From IMG/VR virus record IMGVR_UViG_3300032163_000002, positions 32,001-96,000 of that record: 64,000 nucleotides of DNA; one strand, written 5' to 3'. Positions within the stretch are counted from its first letter, which is position 1; every line of letters starts with the position of its first letter. Positions 1 through 9,943 of this stretch are shown in pieces. Position numbers and translations under genes: made by a program. The notes beneath the pieces are model-generated. The model was not told where the DNA came from, did not search any database, and worked only from the letters and a program-made list of their open reading frames with translations. This DNA comes from a virus.

Positions 1-925
1 CACTGCAAGGATGGCCGAACACTCAGCACGTTCATAACTGACAGGCTCCTTGATCTTTTCGCGTGCTTCGATCTTTTCAAGTAGATGTTTAGCCCGACCT
101 TCAAGCCGTAAGATATGAGGAGACAAGGCGAATTTCATGCCAACTTCCTTCATACCCGTTTCTTGCCCCAATAGGCTTCCGAAAAATGTACCGCTACCGG
201 AGAATATTCCGGGTAATACTTGCGGATCAGATGGACACCCGCATGTTCCTCATTCGGTCGTGCAGCATCACCGGATTTCAAAATGTAGAGTTTGTCTACG
301 AACCAACACTCGGGCTCGTGAAGCGTTGTGTTCCGATAGCAACCCCAAAAATATCCGATCACCTGTCGAATCCAATCCTGCACTTCTGGTGCATCGAGTG
401 GAAGAGGCACCCACGAATCGAGCTTTGCTTTCGCGGCAGCTCGCGTAGCAGCATCGAGCCATTCACAATCGACAGCACCCGAAAGCGACATGCTTCCTCG
501 ATTCTCAGGGCGCTGTCGAAGATCCGTCTCGATTGAATACTTGTGCTCTGGATGCCCCGGTGGATTAAGAAATCCCCCTGCCCCTGTATTAACGATGCGC
601 CCCTTTTCGCTCATATTCCTTTCCTTCTTCCTGTAAACAACAGGATTTATTTTTCACGCGACGATGAAACCGTCAGCCCTGATCCCTTTGACGATATCTT
701 CGATATACCGATGCTCAACCACGTAGCTATCCCCCCAGCGCGTTGCGTCTTCCGGAAGATGCTCGACACACCATTCCAGAGCGTTCTCTGTCTTCGGCCA
801 AAGGATAAACACCGTTCCCTCGTTCTGCACGATGAAATCAGGGATTTTTGCTTCTTTTTTTTCCCGCGCTTCACGAAGTTCTTTGAGACACTCTGCGATC
901 AAGGTATCGTCGGGATACGGATAAT

Positions 926-1594
926 TCATGACGTTTCCCCTTCTGACGGCTGCGCCGTCCACTTGTTTTCCAAAACTTTCTTAGCCATACCTTCGATAAC
1001 ACGCCACCTAGCAACCTGAATTCCAAGAATAACCGAAGCCCCAACCTCTTCCTGTTCTTTTCTCCACGCCACAATATTTTCAACGATGAGCTTAAGCACT
1101 TCCTCCTGAGCCTTCACCTTATCAAGCAATTTCATGGAAGTATCCATGACATCCAAAACAGCCTTCGATACCTGCTGTTCAAGGGTGCGGGTAATCTCCA
1201 CAGGAATTTCCGTAGGATGAACAATCACCATTGACACGACCTCAGCCTTTTCCACTTCAACCGGAACATTAACTGGTGGCTCAGGCTTCGGTGGCTCAGG
1301 CTTCGGTGGCTCAGGCTTCGGTGGCTCAGGCTTCGGTGGCTCAGGCTTCGGTGGCTCAGGCGTCCCCACGGCAGAGACACGCTGAATTTCCCGGACTAGC
1401 TGCTTGAGAGTAATTTCATGAAGCTTTCTACCGGGAGCCGTGGCTTTCCATCCTGTGCTCGTGCGAAAAATCTCGAACTTAAGCCAACCGGGATGCTGAT
1501 ACGTCGGCACCCCTTTGGCGTCTACACCAATCACATGCAGCAAGTCTCCCAAGACTAGCCGATGCGTATGAACAGTGCCCTTTTTTCGCCCCAT
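926..1594 (-). CDS. Hypothetical protein with a proline-rich (KPEPP)n linker and a helical C-terminus
   Basis: 222-aa ORF directly after the promoter, with an in-frame 15-bp repeat. Confidence 0.75.
   Translation of the reverse strand: MGRKKGTVHTHRLVLGDLLHVIGVDAKGVPTYQHPGWLKFEIFRTSTGWKATAPGRKLHEITLKQLVREIQRVSAVGTPEPPKPEPPKPEPPKPEPPKPEPPKPEPPVNVPVEVEKAEVVSMVIVHPTEIPVEITRTLEQQVSKAVLDVMDTSMKLLDKVKAQEEVLKLIVENIVAWRKEQEEVGASVILGIQVARWRVIEGMAKKVLENKWTAQPSEGETS
1275..1361. repeat. 15-bp coding tandem repeat (ggtggctcaggcttc), about 5.8 copies
   Basis: Read directly from the sequence; encodes KPEPP. Confidence 0.95.
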
Positions 1595-1632
1595 TTTTTT
1601 TCCCTTCTGTCACATCTCGCAGCCACGGTCAC

Positions 1633-1661
1633 AAGATAGGTTACTTATTACAAAAAGTCAA
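1633..1661 (-). promoter_or_regulatory. Class A sigma70-type promoter TTGACT-ttttgtaataagtaacc-TATCTT
   Basis: 17-bp spacer; spacer motif shared with promoters at 2846, 8606 and 9499. Confidence 0.85.
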
Positions 1662-2335
1662 GAGCTTTTTTGAAGATATAAAACTGCCGCAAGAAGGCGT
1701 GAAACGTCCTCATTAAAAAGACCGATAGCTGAATTACAACGAGTGCATAGTAATCCGCGAAATCGCATAGTTATATGATTATGATCAAAGGTTAAACGAG
1801 TGAATCTTTTAGCTGTTTCTGGTTGACCGCAAATCTCACAGGCGGAACACGCCTTTAACTTCTCTAGTGCTAGGGCTAAATCCTCAGCAGAAAAGCCAAG
1901 CTTTTTACAAGCACGGCGCAGCCTTTGCGCATAAACCTTCTTTGGGTTTTCATTCTTACGATATTGCTGTTTTCGGGCTTTGCGCTCTTCGAGGGGGAGT
2001 TTTTGCCAGTAAGAGCGATTCATCACAGAATCACATTTCCGACACCAAGAACGAAGACTGTGTACCCTCTCCCCACTACGAGGGGAAAACTCCACAAAAG
2101 GAAACCATTTCTTACACCGGGAACACCGCTTTAGCTTACGCTGAATATCACGTACTTTTGACCCATGAATTCTGCGCACATGCTTACCCGAAGCTTCATC
2201 GCGCTGACTACGCTGAAGACTCTGGCAGACACGACAACGATACCGTCGAGCCTTTTTTCCATTCCTGCGTCGAAAGAAAGGAAAAGCATTAAGAGGCTTT
2301 TCAGTGCAACAGGCTAAGCAGTATCTAGTTCTCAC
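1658..2335 (-). CDS. Endonuclease VII-family (HNH-like) homing endonuclease with N-terminal Zn-finger repeats
   Basis: C-terminal CEICG...DHNH.T..FRGLLC..CN.AIG.F.ED...L..A..YL signature; N-terminal CxxC pairs. Confidence 0.9.
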   Translation of the reverse strand: MRTRYCLACCTEKPLNAFPFFRRRNGKKARRYRCRVCQSLQRSQRDEASGKHVRRIHGSKVRDIQRKLKRCSRCKKWFPFVEFSPRSGERVHSLRSWCRKCDSVMNRSYWQKLPLEERKARKQQYRKNENPKKVYAQRLRRACKKLGFSAEDLALALEKLKACSACEICGQPETAKRFTRLTFDHNHITMRFRGLLCTRCNSAIGLFNEDVSRLLAAVLYLQKSS

Positions 2336-2808
2336 GCGATTCCAAGAATCTTAACACACTCGGGACCAATTCCATTGGCCCGATCAAGACTGGCGGGAAC
2401 CGTCAGGGTTTTCCCGCAGCGGCCACAGTGACCAGCATGGTAGACCTTGACCTGTACAGGCAGGTTGCCGTCAATCAGGTGCTTCCAGAACCACGCGAAG
2501 GCGATACAAGAAGGAGCCTTCTCGGTGATCCGCGACTTGAAAGACCGCTGGAATTTCGCGCCACCCTCGAAGAGCATCCCAAGAAATTCGTAGTGATAGT
2601 CGTTGTCGCAACCAGTCAAGACCGCCACGAAAAAGATCAGGTTCGTCGGGCCTTTCTGCTCTTTCGGAACAGAGATCCGATACGTGAAGCGATTCTTCGT
2701 TTCAGTGTTCAGGATCGTGAACTTGGCGCGACCCGCAAGACAGTAACTCTTGGAATCGACGACCGGACTGGCTGGAATCGGAGGAAGAGTGAGAAGCTGA
2801 CTCGTCAT
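2332..2808 (-). CDS. Conserved phage protein with C-terminal DUF6011-like Zn motif
   Basis: CGRCGKTLTVPAS...GIGPEC motif; ATG at 2808 has an RBS (the track extends the ORF to GTG 2841). Confidence 0.75.
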   Translation of the reverse strand: MTSQLLTLPPIPASPVVDSKSYCLAGRAKFTILNTETKNRFTYRISVPKEQKGPTNLIFFVAVLTGCDNDYHYEFLGMLFEGGAKFQRSFKSRITEKAPSCIAFAWFWKHLIDGNLPVQVKVYHAGHCGRCGKTLTVPASLDRANGIGPECVKILGIA

Positions 2809-2845
2809 TTTCGATTTCCTTCTGCCGCTCTCTGCGGCCACCTAT

Positions 2846-2874
2846 AAGATAAGTTACTTATGCCAGAAAGTCAA
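2846..2874 (-). promoter_or_regulatory. Class A promoter TTGACT-ttctggcataagtaact-TATCTT, with a 5' hairpin (2824-2838) and an upstream IHF-like site (2896-2908)
   Basis: 17-bp spacer; same architecture and spacing as 8584-8668. Confidence 0.85.
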
Positions 2875-2925
2875 GGGAATTTTTTAGTCCTTTGTTTTCA
2901 ATCACTTACAGATTTCTTTTCAGCT

Positions 2926-5900
2926 TCAGCCTGAGCTTTGAATTCCTCGGGAGAAGCAATTGAATTCCTCGGGAGAAGCAATCACGCTCAAGCAAAGCAT
3001 CGCGTTCTCAAGAAAACGCTCCATACCTAAGATATATTCCGGCATCGCGTCCTTCTCGTAGCTAAGCACTGAATTCTTGATGAGAAGGAGAAGCTCTTCT
3101 GGAGATTTCGGCTGTTGCACAGGTAATTTAACTGAAAAATGCTTGAGACCTTTCGTATAAAGCTCCCATGCACATGCTGCCATCATGATGTCTTTCAGAA
3201 GAAGATGCACTCCATGTAACTTGTCTGCGTGCTGCTTCTCGAATTTCCGCGCACGAACAGCTTCATCCCGAAGCTTCGGAACACACATATCAGCAAAACC
3301 ATGTAGAGCAAGATCCAGAAGTAATTGTTCCCACTCTTCATTCGTCATTCTTTTTTCGTCCATCACCGCTAATTCCTCACAATCTTCAACCCGCAACGCG
3401 GACACACGAAATAAGCTGGCGGCTCCACACCAGACAAAATTATTGTCGCTGTGCATCGCGGACAATACACATAAGTCGTATCTCGCGCTTCAAGAGCATC
3501 CGCAAATCGACACGACGGTTCCGGACATTTTCCTTCAACTAGCGGAACAAGCTGATGATTATGTTGATGTATCAACCGCATCTGACAAACCAGCTCTTTG
3601 ATGCCCTTTTGACGAGTCTGCTCCGTAGTCACGTTACACTCACCCCTTTCAAATCCGCAAGAGCCATCTCCTCTTCGATAATGGGAAGTTTCAATTTCTT
3701 TCGATTCGATATCCGGGTTTTAAGTGCGTGAATATTGAAAATCCACGACAAACGAAATTCTTTACCATCTCCAGCCACCCGCGCGAACCGCACCAATTTC
3801 GGAGCTTTATCCACAAGCCCCACATAAACGAGCGCATTCGGTACTTCCTCTTCCATCATCATCTCCTACTGAGGATGAGCGAGTATATATAGCCGCGTAT
3901 CCCGCTCTTCACGAACATGCTCTTCACTCGTAGCATCCGCTGCAATTTCAAAATAAACCTGACAAAGCTGATTTATCTCTTTCTGTTCTTCACGTAATCT
4001 GTACGCCTCATTCGCCTGCGTAACCAACGCATTTACATCGTTAATCACGTCAAGCGCTGTATGATCTTCAGGAACCGGATCATGCCGCGCCCCCGCGATA
4101 ATGAGTAGCACCTTACGCGCCGTCACTAGTTCAACGCGCGTCGTATCCCACTCACACTCCATGTTTGCCTTGTAACGATGCATTACCAGCAATGAAATCA
4201 AACCACCAAGGAAAACAGAAGAACCAATCCACACGATGACTATGAACGGCGTAGCGTTATCTATTACCTCAAAAAAATGAGTCATAATTTTTCCTTTTTC
4301 AACGTAGTAGCCGGACCAAGCAACGGGGGCACCTTCCCGGTTTTATATGCCTCAACAATATGATGCCCGACAGATTCTCCAACTGTGGAGCCGTCGGGGA
4401 GCATAATTTGTGCAAAAAATGCTTCGTCAAAAGTCTCAATATTGTCAGCAGCGCTCTGTAATTTCGCTTTGATCGCCAGCGCAAGCCCACGCCAGCGTGA
4501 GCGGCTCTCCTGCTCCCATGCCTTCTGCCAATCTCCCGGATTTCGTTTCGTACGACCCGTAGGTGTCTTTTTGAAGCATTGATCTTCCTTTACCGGAAGA
4601 GGCAAGATGAACTTGATTCGTCGATTTTGAAGCTCAAACTGAATAACCGCTGCGTCATTTTTCCAACCATAGACAAAAGCGGTTGCACCATATTTTGTCA
4701 GAAGCCCTTCGATTTCAGCGCGAGAGCGGTCAGAAGAAACAATCGTGGCAGCAGCGTAACGACGAAATCTCATTTCTCAATCCTCGCACAAGCTGCCCGA
4801 ATTTCTTCAATACGCACGTTTACGACTATATACCCATCGCGCCGATATTCTTCCACTGCCTCAGCCACTTCATGTTCTCTCCCCCACCAACATTCACACC
4901 CCCACACAACATCTCCATTGTCAAGCCGAAGTTTAGGGTTCGAGACAGAACTTTCTACCAAAAGCTTCGCCATCCAACCACAAGCTGTTAGGGGAATTTC
5001 ATCACCTTCATAAACTCCATACCCAAGAAAACGCACGATTTTTTGCTCACCGCCAGCACCAAGAATCGCACCGATACGTTCACCTGCTTTTTTCACTTCA
5101 ATCCGCCTCGGCATCATAAAACGGCCCGTTTGCTATAAAAGCCTTGTTTGCTTCAACCCAATGAGCCCCACGACGACCCTCTTCCGCCAAACGTTTTAGA
5201 GCAGCTTTTCCTTTCGTCCACCGAAGTATATCTTCAGCATCTTCATAACCGACCCTATTCACAGCCGCATCCAAAACCTGCATAGTTGCATAAAGCCCGA
5301 CACGAGCAAGGCGATCTTTCATCCGAACCAGATCCACGATAATCCGAACACGTTCTCGCTTCTCTTCCACGGTCAACGGTCGGCCTTTACCGGGAACCAA
5401 ATTTTCTTTTTTCATGAAAGCTCATCCATGCCCGATGCCTGCTCTTCGTCTTCAACCTCACCGGAAATACCTTCAACGAAGACCTCTGCCGATTCCGAAG
5501 TCTGCCCCTCAACCTTCGGCGCGGAAATCATCTTTCCGAGCTTTCCACAGGAACAGGTAATGACGTAGTGGAGCACGAAACCATAGAACGACCGGCGATA
5601 TCGAGAAGGCGTTCCGGGCTTGCCGTCACTGCGCGACGTGCGTTCAGAATCGGTCTCCTCGACCGAAAGCTTGTGCTCCTCACCCTCCGGATACGTGCCC
5701 ACTGTGTGCCCCTTGCAGTCTTCGGCATGATCATTCTCAGGATTGAAGTTCGCTTCCGTCAATTCCGTGCCGCACTGGTCGCAAGCATTGACGATACACA
5801 CTTCAACGGTCACATGCCCGTCTTCGTCAATGTCGATAGAATTGATTTCGGGTTCCTGCTCTTCAAACCCGACAAACTTATTGCAATCACCACAGCGTGC

Positions 5901-6315
5901 CATTTTATTTTCCTCCTCCTATTCTACGTTTTCCGACGGCGGAGGGGAAATACCCATCCGCCAGAGTTTCCACTTTGCCAGTGCAATCTCTTCCTTCAAG
6001 TCGCGCATTTCGATTTGCCTTTTTACGAGCTTTTCCCGTGCATGTGCGATAACAGCACGAAGCCATGCGATTTCTTCTTCACATTCACCCACGTCAATTC
6101 TCCTGAAAATTGAAATAGACGCGGGGCGCGTGCTTGAATATGAACGTCCCCTTCTTTCCGTCAGACTTTCGAATGACAACGACAAAGGGGGCCATAAATC
6201 CCTCAACATCATAATCACGGGTCAATTCTTCGGTCGAAATCCCTTCCGGCGTCTCGGGATTGCTGTTGATACTATTCACCATTACACGGCGAACATTTTC
6301 AGTCGGATCGCTCAC
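2926..6315 (-). other. Run of small hypothetical genes (2926..~3363, 3369..3632, 3629..3862, 3866..4285, 4282..4773, 4770..5117, 5098..5415, 5412..5903, 5919..~6092, 6094..6315)
   Basis: Contiguous co-oriented ORFs with ATGA-type overlaps; several have CxxC motifs. Confidence 0.7.
2939..2982. repeat. Perfect 22-bp tandem duplication that frameshifts the 3' end of ORF 2926..3465
   Basis: tgaattcctcgggagaagcaat x2. Confidence 0.95.
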
Positions 6316-6781
6316 TTCTCACCTCCGCTCTACAACGTTGATAGCTTGCCCGTGCTTCCATTGCATGACATGGACGACAACGACGTTTTTCATTAAGCAA
6401 ATGCCCACGCGGACAATGCGTTTTTCTCGCATTCCTTGCTGAGACCGTATCCCCACGCAGGAGATTTTCCCGTCGTGTTACTAATTCAAGGTGAGCAGGA
6501 TTCACACACGCCTTTGAACAAAGGGCTTGACGAAGACCGGGATTCAAACGAAAATGATCAAGTTCTTTTCCTTTCGGAATTGACCCTTTCAAATTTTCGT
6601 AAGCGAACCGATGAGTCAACACAGCACGATAAGACCCATCTGTTCTAGACCCCACACGAAAATACCCATATCCACTTCGAAGCAAAGCCCCGCGCCAAAG
6701 CCAACACCCGAAACTTGATTTCATTTCTACCATCCGAAAAAACCGATCAAGCGGAGGCTTAGGAATAGGCCCCTTTAACAT
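6299..6781 (-). CDS. HNH homing endonuclease
   Basis: CWLWRG...GYG...HRFAYE...LDH...CVNPAHLELVT..EN plus KTHCPRGH tail. Confidence 0.92.
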   Translation of the reverse strand: MLKGPIPKPPLDRFFRMVEMKSSFGCWLWRGALLRSGYGYFRVGSRTDGSYRAVLTHRFAYENLKGSIPKGKELDHFRLNPGLRQALCSKACVNPAHLELVTRRENLLRGDTVSARNARKTHCPRGHLLNEKRRCRPCHAMEARASYQRCRAEVRSERSD

Positions 6782-7222
6782 TTCACAAACTCAAGTAATG
6801 GAACGACTTTTTCCGGCACAAAAATTATCGCTTCTTGAGTAGCATACGAGAATTCGTGCCACGAATCCGGCCCAGCTTTGTCAAGCGCTTTCTGAAGCTT
6901 CTCGCCTGAAGCATCCGTAAGCTTCATTCGAGTGCCAGAAGCGCCTACCCGAACCGCCACCCGAAAGCGCTTGATTTCCTTCGGAACGACTACTTCGACT
7001 TCGGCAGGGTCCGTGATATGCCTCGTGGGAATGCTCTGCGCCTGCCACGAAGGCTTTTGCACCACGTTCCCGTCCTTGTCCTTGGGCCGGGGTCGTCCAC
7101 GACTTGCTCGGGTCACACAGGTCAGCAGAGCCCCACACGAAGATGCCATCCCGATCTTTGAGCCAACCACGTACGATTTCAGCCGCCGCAGCCTTAATAC
7201 GATGAAGCCCCTGATTCGACAC
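6775..7222 (-). pseudogene. Hypothetical gene apparently split by a +1 frameshift near 7085
   Basis: Frame of 6881..7222 looks protein-like up to SWTTPA; frame of 6775..7224 looks protein-like from KDKDGN; one extra C joins them. Confidence 0.6.
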
Positions 7223-7246
7223 ATTCAGCTTCCTCCTGACAGCCTT

Positions 7247-7275
7247 AACTTACACTCGTAAGATCAAAAAGTCAA
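7247..7275 (-). promoter_or_regulatory. Class B promoter TTGACT-17-TAAGTT with palindrome CTTAC-gagt-GTAAG
   Basis: Consensus shared by 8 sites; followed by AGGAGG RBS. Confidence 0.88.
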
Positions 7276-7931
7276 GGAGTATTTTCAGGCGAGGTTCCAT
7301 GACCTTTCCGAAGAAGACTTTCCCGCGCTTTTTTCAGCAGATCCTCCACCTTCGGCTTCCGCGCGGCCTTTACCTTCACCTTCAACGGAGCAATCTCCAG
7401 CATCCGGACTCGACGTTCATGGTATTTCACCGTTGCCTCCCACGTCTTGAGCTTCGTCTCGGTGAGCTTGAGCTTCGTGGTCCATCGCGCGACCTGAGCG
7501 CGCGCGTGCTGAAGCCGTGTACTAACCCGAATAGCGGGTGTGATTTTCTTGATGACAGGCACGCACTGGTCCAGTGGAAATGTGTTCAAGTAGGCGTAAT
7601 ACATATTCCAATTTCCAGAGTAGGAATATCGCGGACAGCCTTTCGTAACATCACGCCCAACTCCACAAATCATCCGCGCCATCGCCCACGCGAGCACCAC
7701 GCCAAATGGAGCCATATGAATAGAACGGTTGAATGTTCTTGGAAGACGCAGTCGGAGATACGCCCCCATGCCAGTCCTGCCTCCGCGACACTGAGGCCAA
7801 CGCCCACGAGTATAATCCACCCTGACTGCGAGCGCCTTCCGCTGAGCTGAGTTCAGTTCATCATCGGCCACACGTCGAATAATTGCCTTCAGGTGCTTCG
7901 TATCGTAGGTCGTCGCATTTACAATTTTCAT
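7272..7931 (-). CDS. Basic hypothetical protein, possibly a degenerate zincin-like domain plus coiled coil
   Basis: 219-aa ORF; helix VVLAWAMAR where an HExxH motif might be expected. Confidence 0.6.
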   Translation of the reverse strand: MKIVNATTYDTKHLKAIIRRVADDELNSAQRKALAVRVDYTRGRWPQCRGGRTGMGAYLRLRLPRTFNRSIHMAPFGVVLAWAMARMICGVGRDVTKGCPRYSYSGNWNMYYAYLNTFPLDQCVPVIKKITPAIRVSTRLQHARAQVARWTTKLKLTETKLKTWEATVKYHERRVRMLEIAPLKVKVKAARKPKVEDLLKKARESLLRKGHGTSPENTP

Positions 7932-8569
7932 TTTTCATCATCCTTCAGCATGCGCCCCGGCTGATCGGTAGGAATCTTCCAACATTCCAGTCGCGTGAAA
8001 TACTTGTTGCCGTAATGATCCGCATGAGGAACATCCTCGTAATGATCCAGCTCCAGTTTACGAAAGTAGGTCCATACGTCACCTTCACGAAATCCATTCG
8101 TCTCGTCCACGGACTGCTGCCAGATGAACCGCGTGCCGCAATGCACACAAATGTTCTTGAAATCTTCGCCCCCAACCGGATAAAGAAAGAGAGCTGCGTC
8201 GATTGCAATCAAGTGGCCTTTCTCGCAGAGGAAATATTCCATGCCTTCGTACGACATGCGCTACCTCTTTTTCGCCTTGAGGTTGAGCCCGGCCATGAGC
8301 CTGCGGTAGCTCCAACCGCAAAGCGAGCACCTGATGTCACTGGTTGCTTTCGAAGCGAACGCTTCGAGAATCGCGTCCGGCTTCACCCGAGCGCCCTTGA
8401 GTGCCCGCCTTGTGAGCGTCGCCTCTGCGCTGTACGGCCTCTGAAGCGACTTGCAGGGGACGACGATGGGAACGGTCAGGATGACTTCAAGCCTGCCCTG
8501 ACAGCCGGGAGTACCCCCAGCTTTTGAAATCCGTTTCGTTCTGGTTCTGTTCGGACACTTTACCGCCAT
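7928..8569 (-). other. Two small Cys-rich hypothetical genes (7928..8257, 8261..8569)
   Basis: Co-oriented ORFs following the promoter at 8606. Confidence 0.7.
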
Positions 8570-8605
8570 CGCATTCTCTTTCTACCGCTTTCTGCGGCCA
8601 TCCTC

Positions 8606-8634
8606 AATATAGGTTATTTATTACAGAAAGTCAA
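8606..8634 (-). promoter_or_regulatory. Class A promoter TTGACT-ttctgtaataaataacc-TATATT, with a 5' hairpin (8584-8598) and an IHF-like site (8656-8668)
   Basis: 17-bp spacer; paralogous to 2824-2908. Confidence 0.87.
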
Positions 8635-8665
8635 GGAGAATTTTAACTTGTTTATTTTCAATGAG

Positions 8666-8995
8666 TTAAACCTGCTCGTCTTCAGGCTCCCCGGTCTCAA
8701 TCACCTTGATTTTCTTTTCGTCTCTCAGCAGCATCTCATATTGATGAATGGACTGCTGACATGACACGATTTTCCTGTGTGCCTGTTTTTTCACTCGCTC
8801 AATAGCTTCTGAAAGAGTGTGCCACCATTCAGCTTTCGGAATAAAAAGGCTTGTACCGAATGAACCTTCTTTCGAAAAATAAACTTCACCACGCTCCGTA
8901 TGCACGAAAGCACCACCTGAAACTTTCAGGATGCCTTTCGTCAGACCCCATTTCGTTATGTAAACTGGTTCTGTTGAGGGCTCTTCAGTTTGCAT
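8666..8995 (-). CDS. Hypothetical protein (likely start MQTEE)
   Basis: ATG overlaps the stop of the upstream NTase gene; GGAGG RBS. Confidence 0.65.
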   Translation of the reverse strand: MQTEEPSTEPVYITKWGLTKGILKVSGGAFVHTERGEVYFSKEGSFGTSLFIPKAEWWHTLSEAIERVKKQAHRKIVSCQQSIHQYEMLLRDEKKIKVIETGEPEDEQV

Positions 8996-9492
8996 CAGGA
9001 ACCTCCTTTTTGTTTTGGAGCATCCATCGGAAGAGCGACGAGAAGAATGACACCCTCGATATTTTCGAGATGTGCTCGCTTCCTCGTCGCCTTGAAATCC
9101 GGACCTGCATGGAAAGGAAGAAGCTCGATCTGCCAACCCGCCCACCCTGCCGGAATCGTCCAGTTACCGGGAAAAACAGACTCGAATGGAATCGAATTTT
9201 CGCTGATGATGCGACGGATCTTTTCCTCGTGCCGTTCATTCACGATCAAGTCGATGTCCTTCGCGTTCTTCTTACCTCGCGCGACGGAACCGACGACCAC
9301 GACGTAGGAGGCGATGGCTTCGAGGAAGGCACGGGCTCTAGGAGTGAAACGGCTATGCGAGCGCACCGTCTGCTGCATGCGCTCCCACGTTTCGAGATCA
9401 TGACCGTTCGTGCTCGGACAGGTCGCACGCTCTCGAAGCATGTTTTTCCATCCACGATGATCTGGAAAGGCGGCTCGAATCGTAATCGACAT
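8995..9492 (-). CDS. Pol-beta superfamily nucleotidyltransferase domain protein, leaderless
   Basis: VVVGSVARGKKNAKDIDLIV matches GS-x-DxD; third acidic residue in QIELL. Confidence 0.8.
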   Translation of the reverse strand: MSITIRAAFPDHRGWKNMLRERATCPSTNGHDLETWERMQQTVRSHSRFTPRARAFLEAIASYVVVVGSVARGKKNAKDIDLIVNERHEEKIRRIISENSIPFESVFPGNWTIPAGWAGWQIELLPFHAGPDFKATRKRAHLENIEGVILLVALPMDAPKQKGGS

Positions 9493-9498
9493 ACAGGT

Positions 9499-9527
9499 AG
9501 GATAGGTTACTTATTACAGAAAGTCAA
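9499..9527 (-). promoter_or_regulatory. Class A promoter TTGACT-ttctgtaataagtaacc-TATCCT
   Basis: 17-bp spacer; 6 nt separate the -10 box from ATG 9492. Confidence 0.85.
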
Positions 9528-9922
9528 GCCCATTCTTTCAGTATTGCCTGCGCAGCAGCAACAGCGGACAGCTTCGGGGCGAGTTCTTGCGTGGCTGTTT
9601 CTAACGCCCTTCGCAGGGCTGCCTTCGGAGTCTTTCCATCTTCAACCCACCATTGACCGATATAAACAGTATAGGAATTACGACGTACGGAAATCTTCAA
9701 CCCACGACAACGAACCTCGTAATGCCAGCCAAGATCTTCCCATACACGAGGTTTCCACCCTGCTCCAAGTTTCGTCGATAACGAAACCGTTAAGAAGTTG
9801 ACGAGGCTCTGCGCGGCTTCCTTCGTTGCCTGATAATCTTTCCACAAGCACCCATAACCACACGCAGACGAACAGTAAATGTCACCTTTACGATGAGGGG
9901 TCCAGCTTAACCGCTTCTTCAT
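9524..9922 (-). CDS. Hypothetical protein
   Basis: 132-aa ORF. Confidence 0.7.
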   Translation of the reverse strand: MKKRLSWTPHRKGDIYCSSACGYGCLWKDYQATKEAAQSLVNFLTVSLSTKLGAGWKPRVWEDLGWHYEVRCRGLKISVRRNSYTVYIGQWWVEDGKTPKAALRRALETATQELAPKLSAVAAAQAILKEWA

Positions 9923-9943
9923 TGACTTTCACTTCTTCACGTT

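Larger units (their letters stand above)
1..1594 (-). other. Operon of hypothetical proteins (partial 1..138, 150..614, 654..929, 926..1594) downstream of the class A promoter at 1633-1661
   Basis: Co-oriented ORFs with overlapping start/stop codons and purine-rich RBS; no recognisable domains. Confidence 0.7.

Noticed and set aside
8851-9801. Long plus-strand ORFs (this one, 5743..6396, 7883..8527, 50738..51463, 57889..58608 and others)
   Set aside because: They are antisense shadows of better-supported minus-strand genes, with no domains or RBS, and several span promoters
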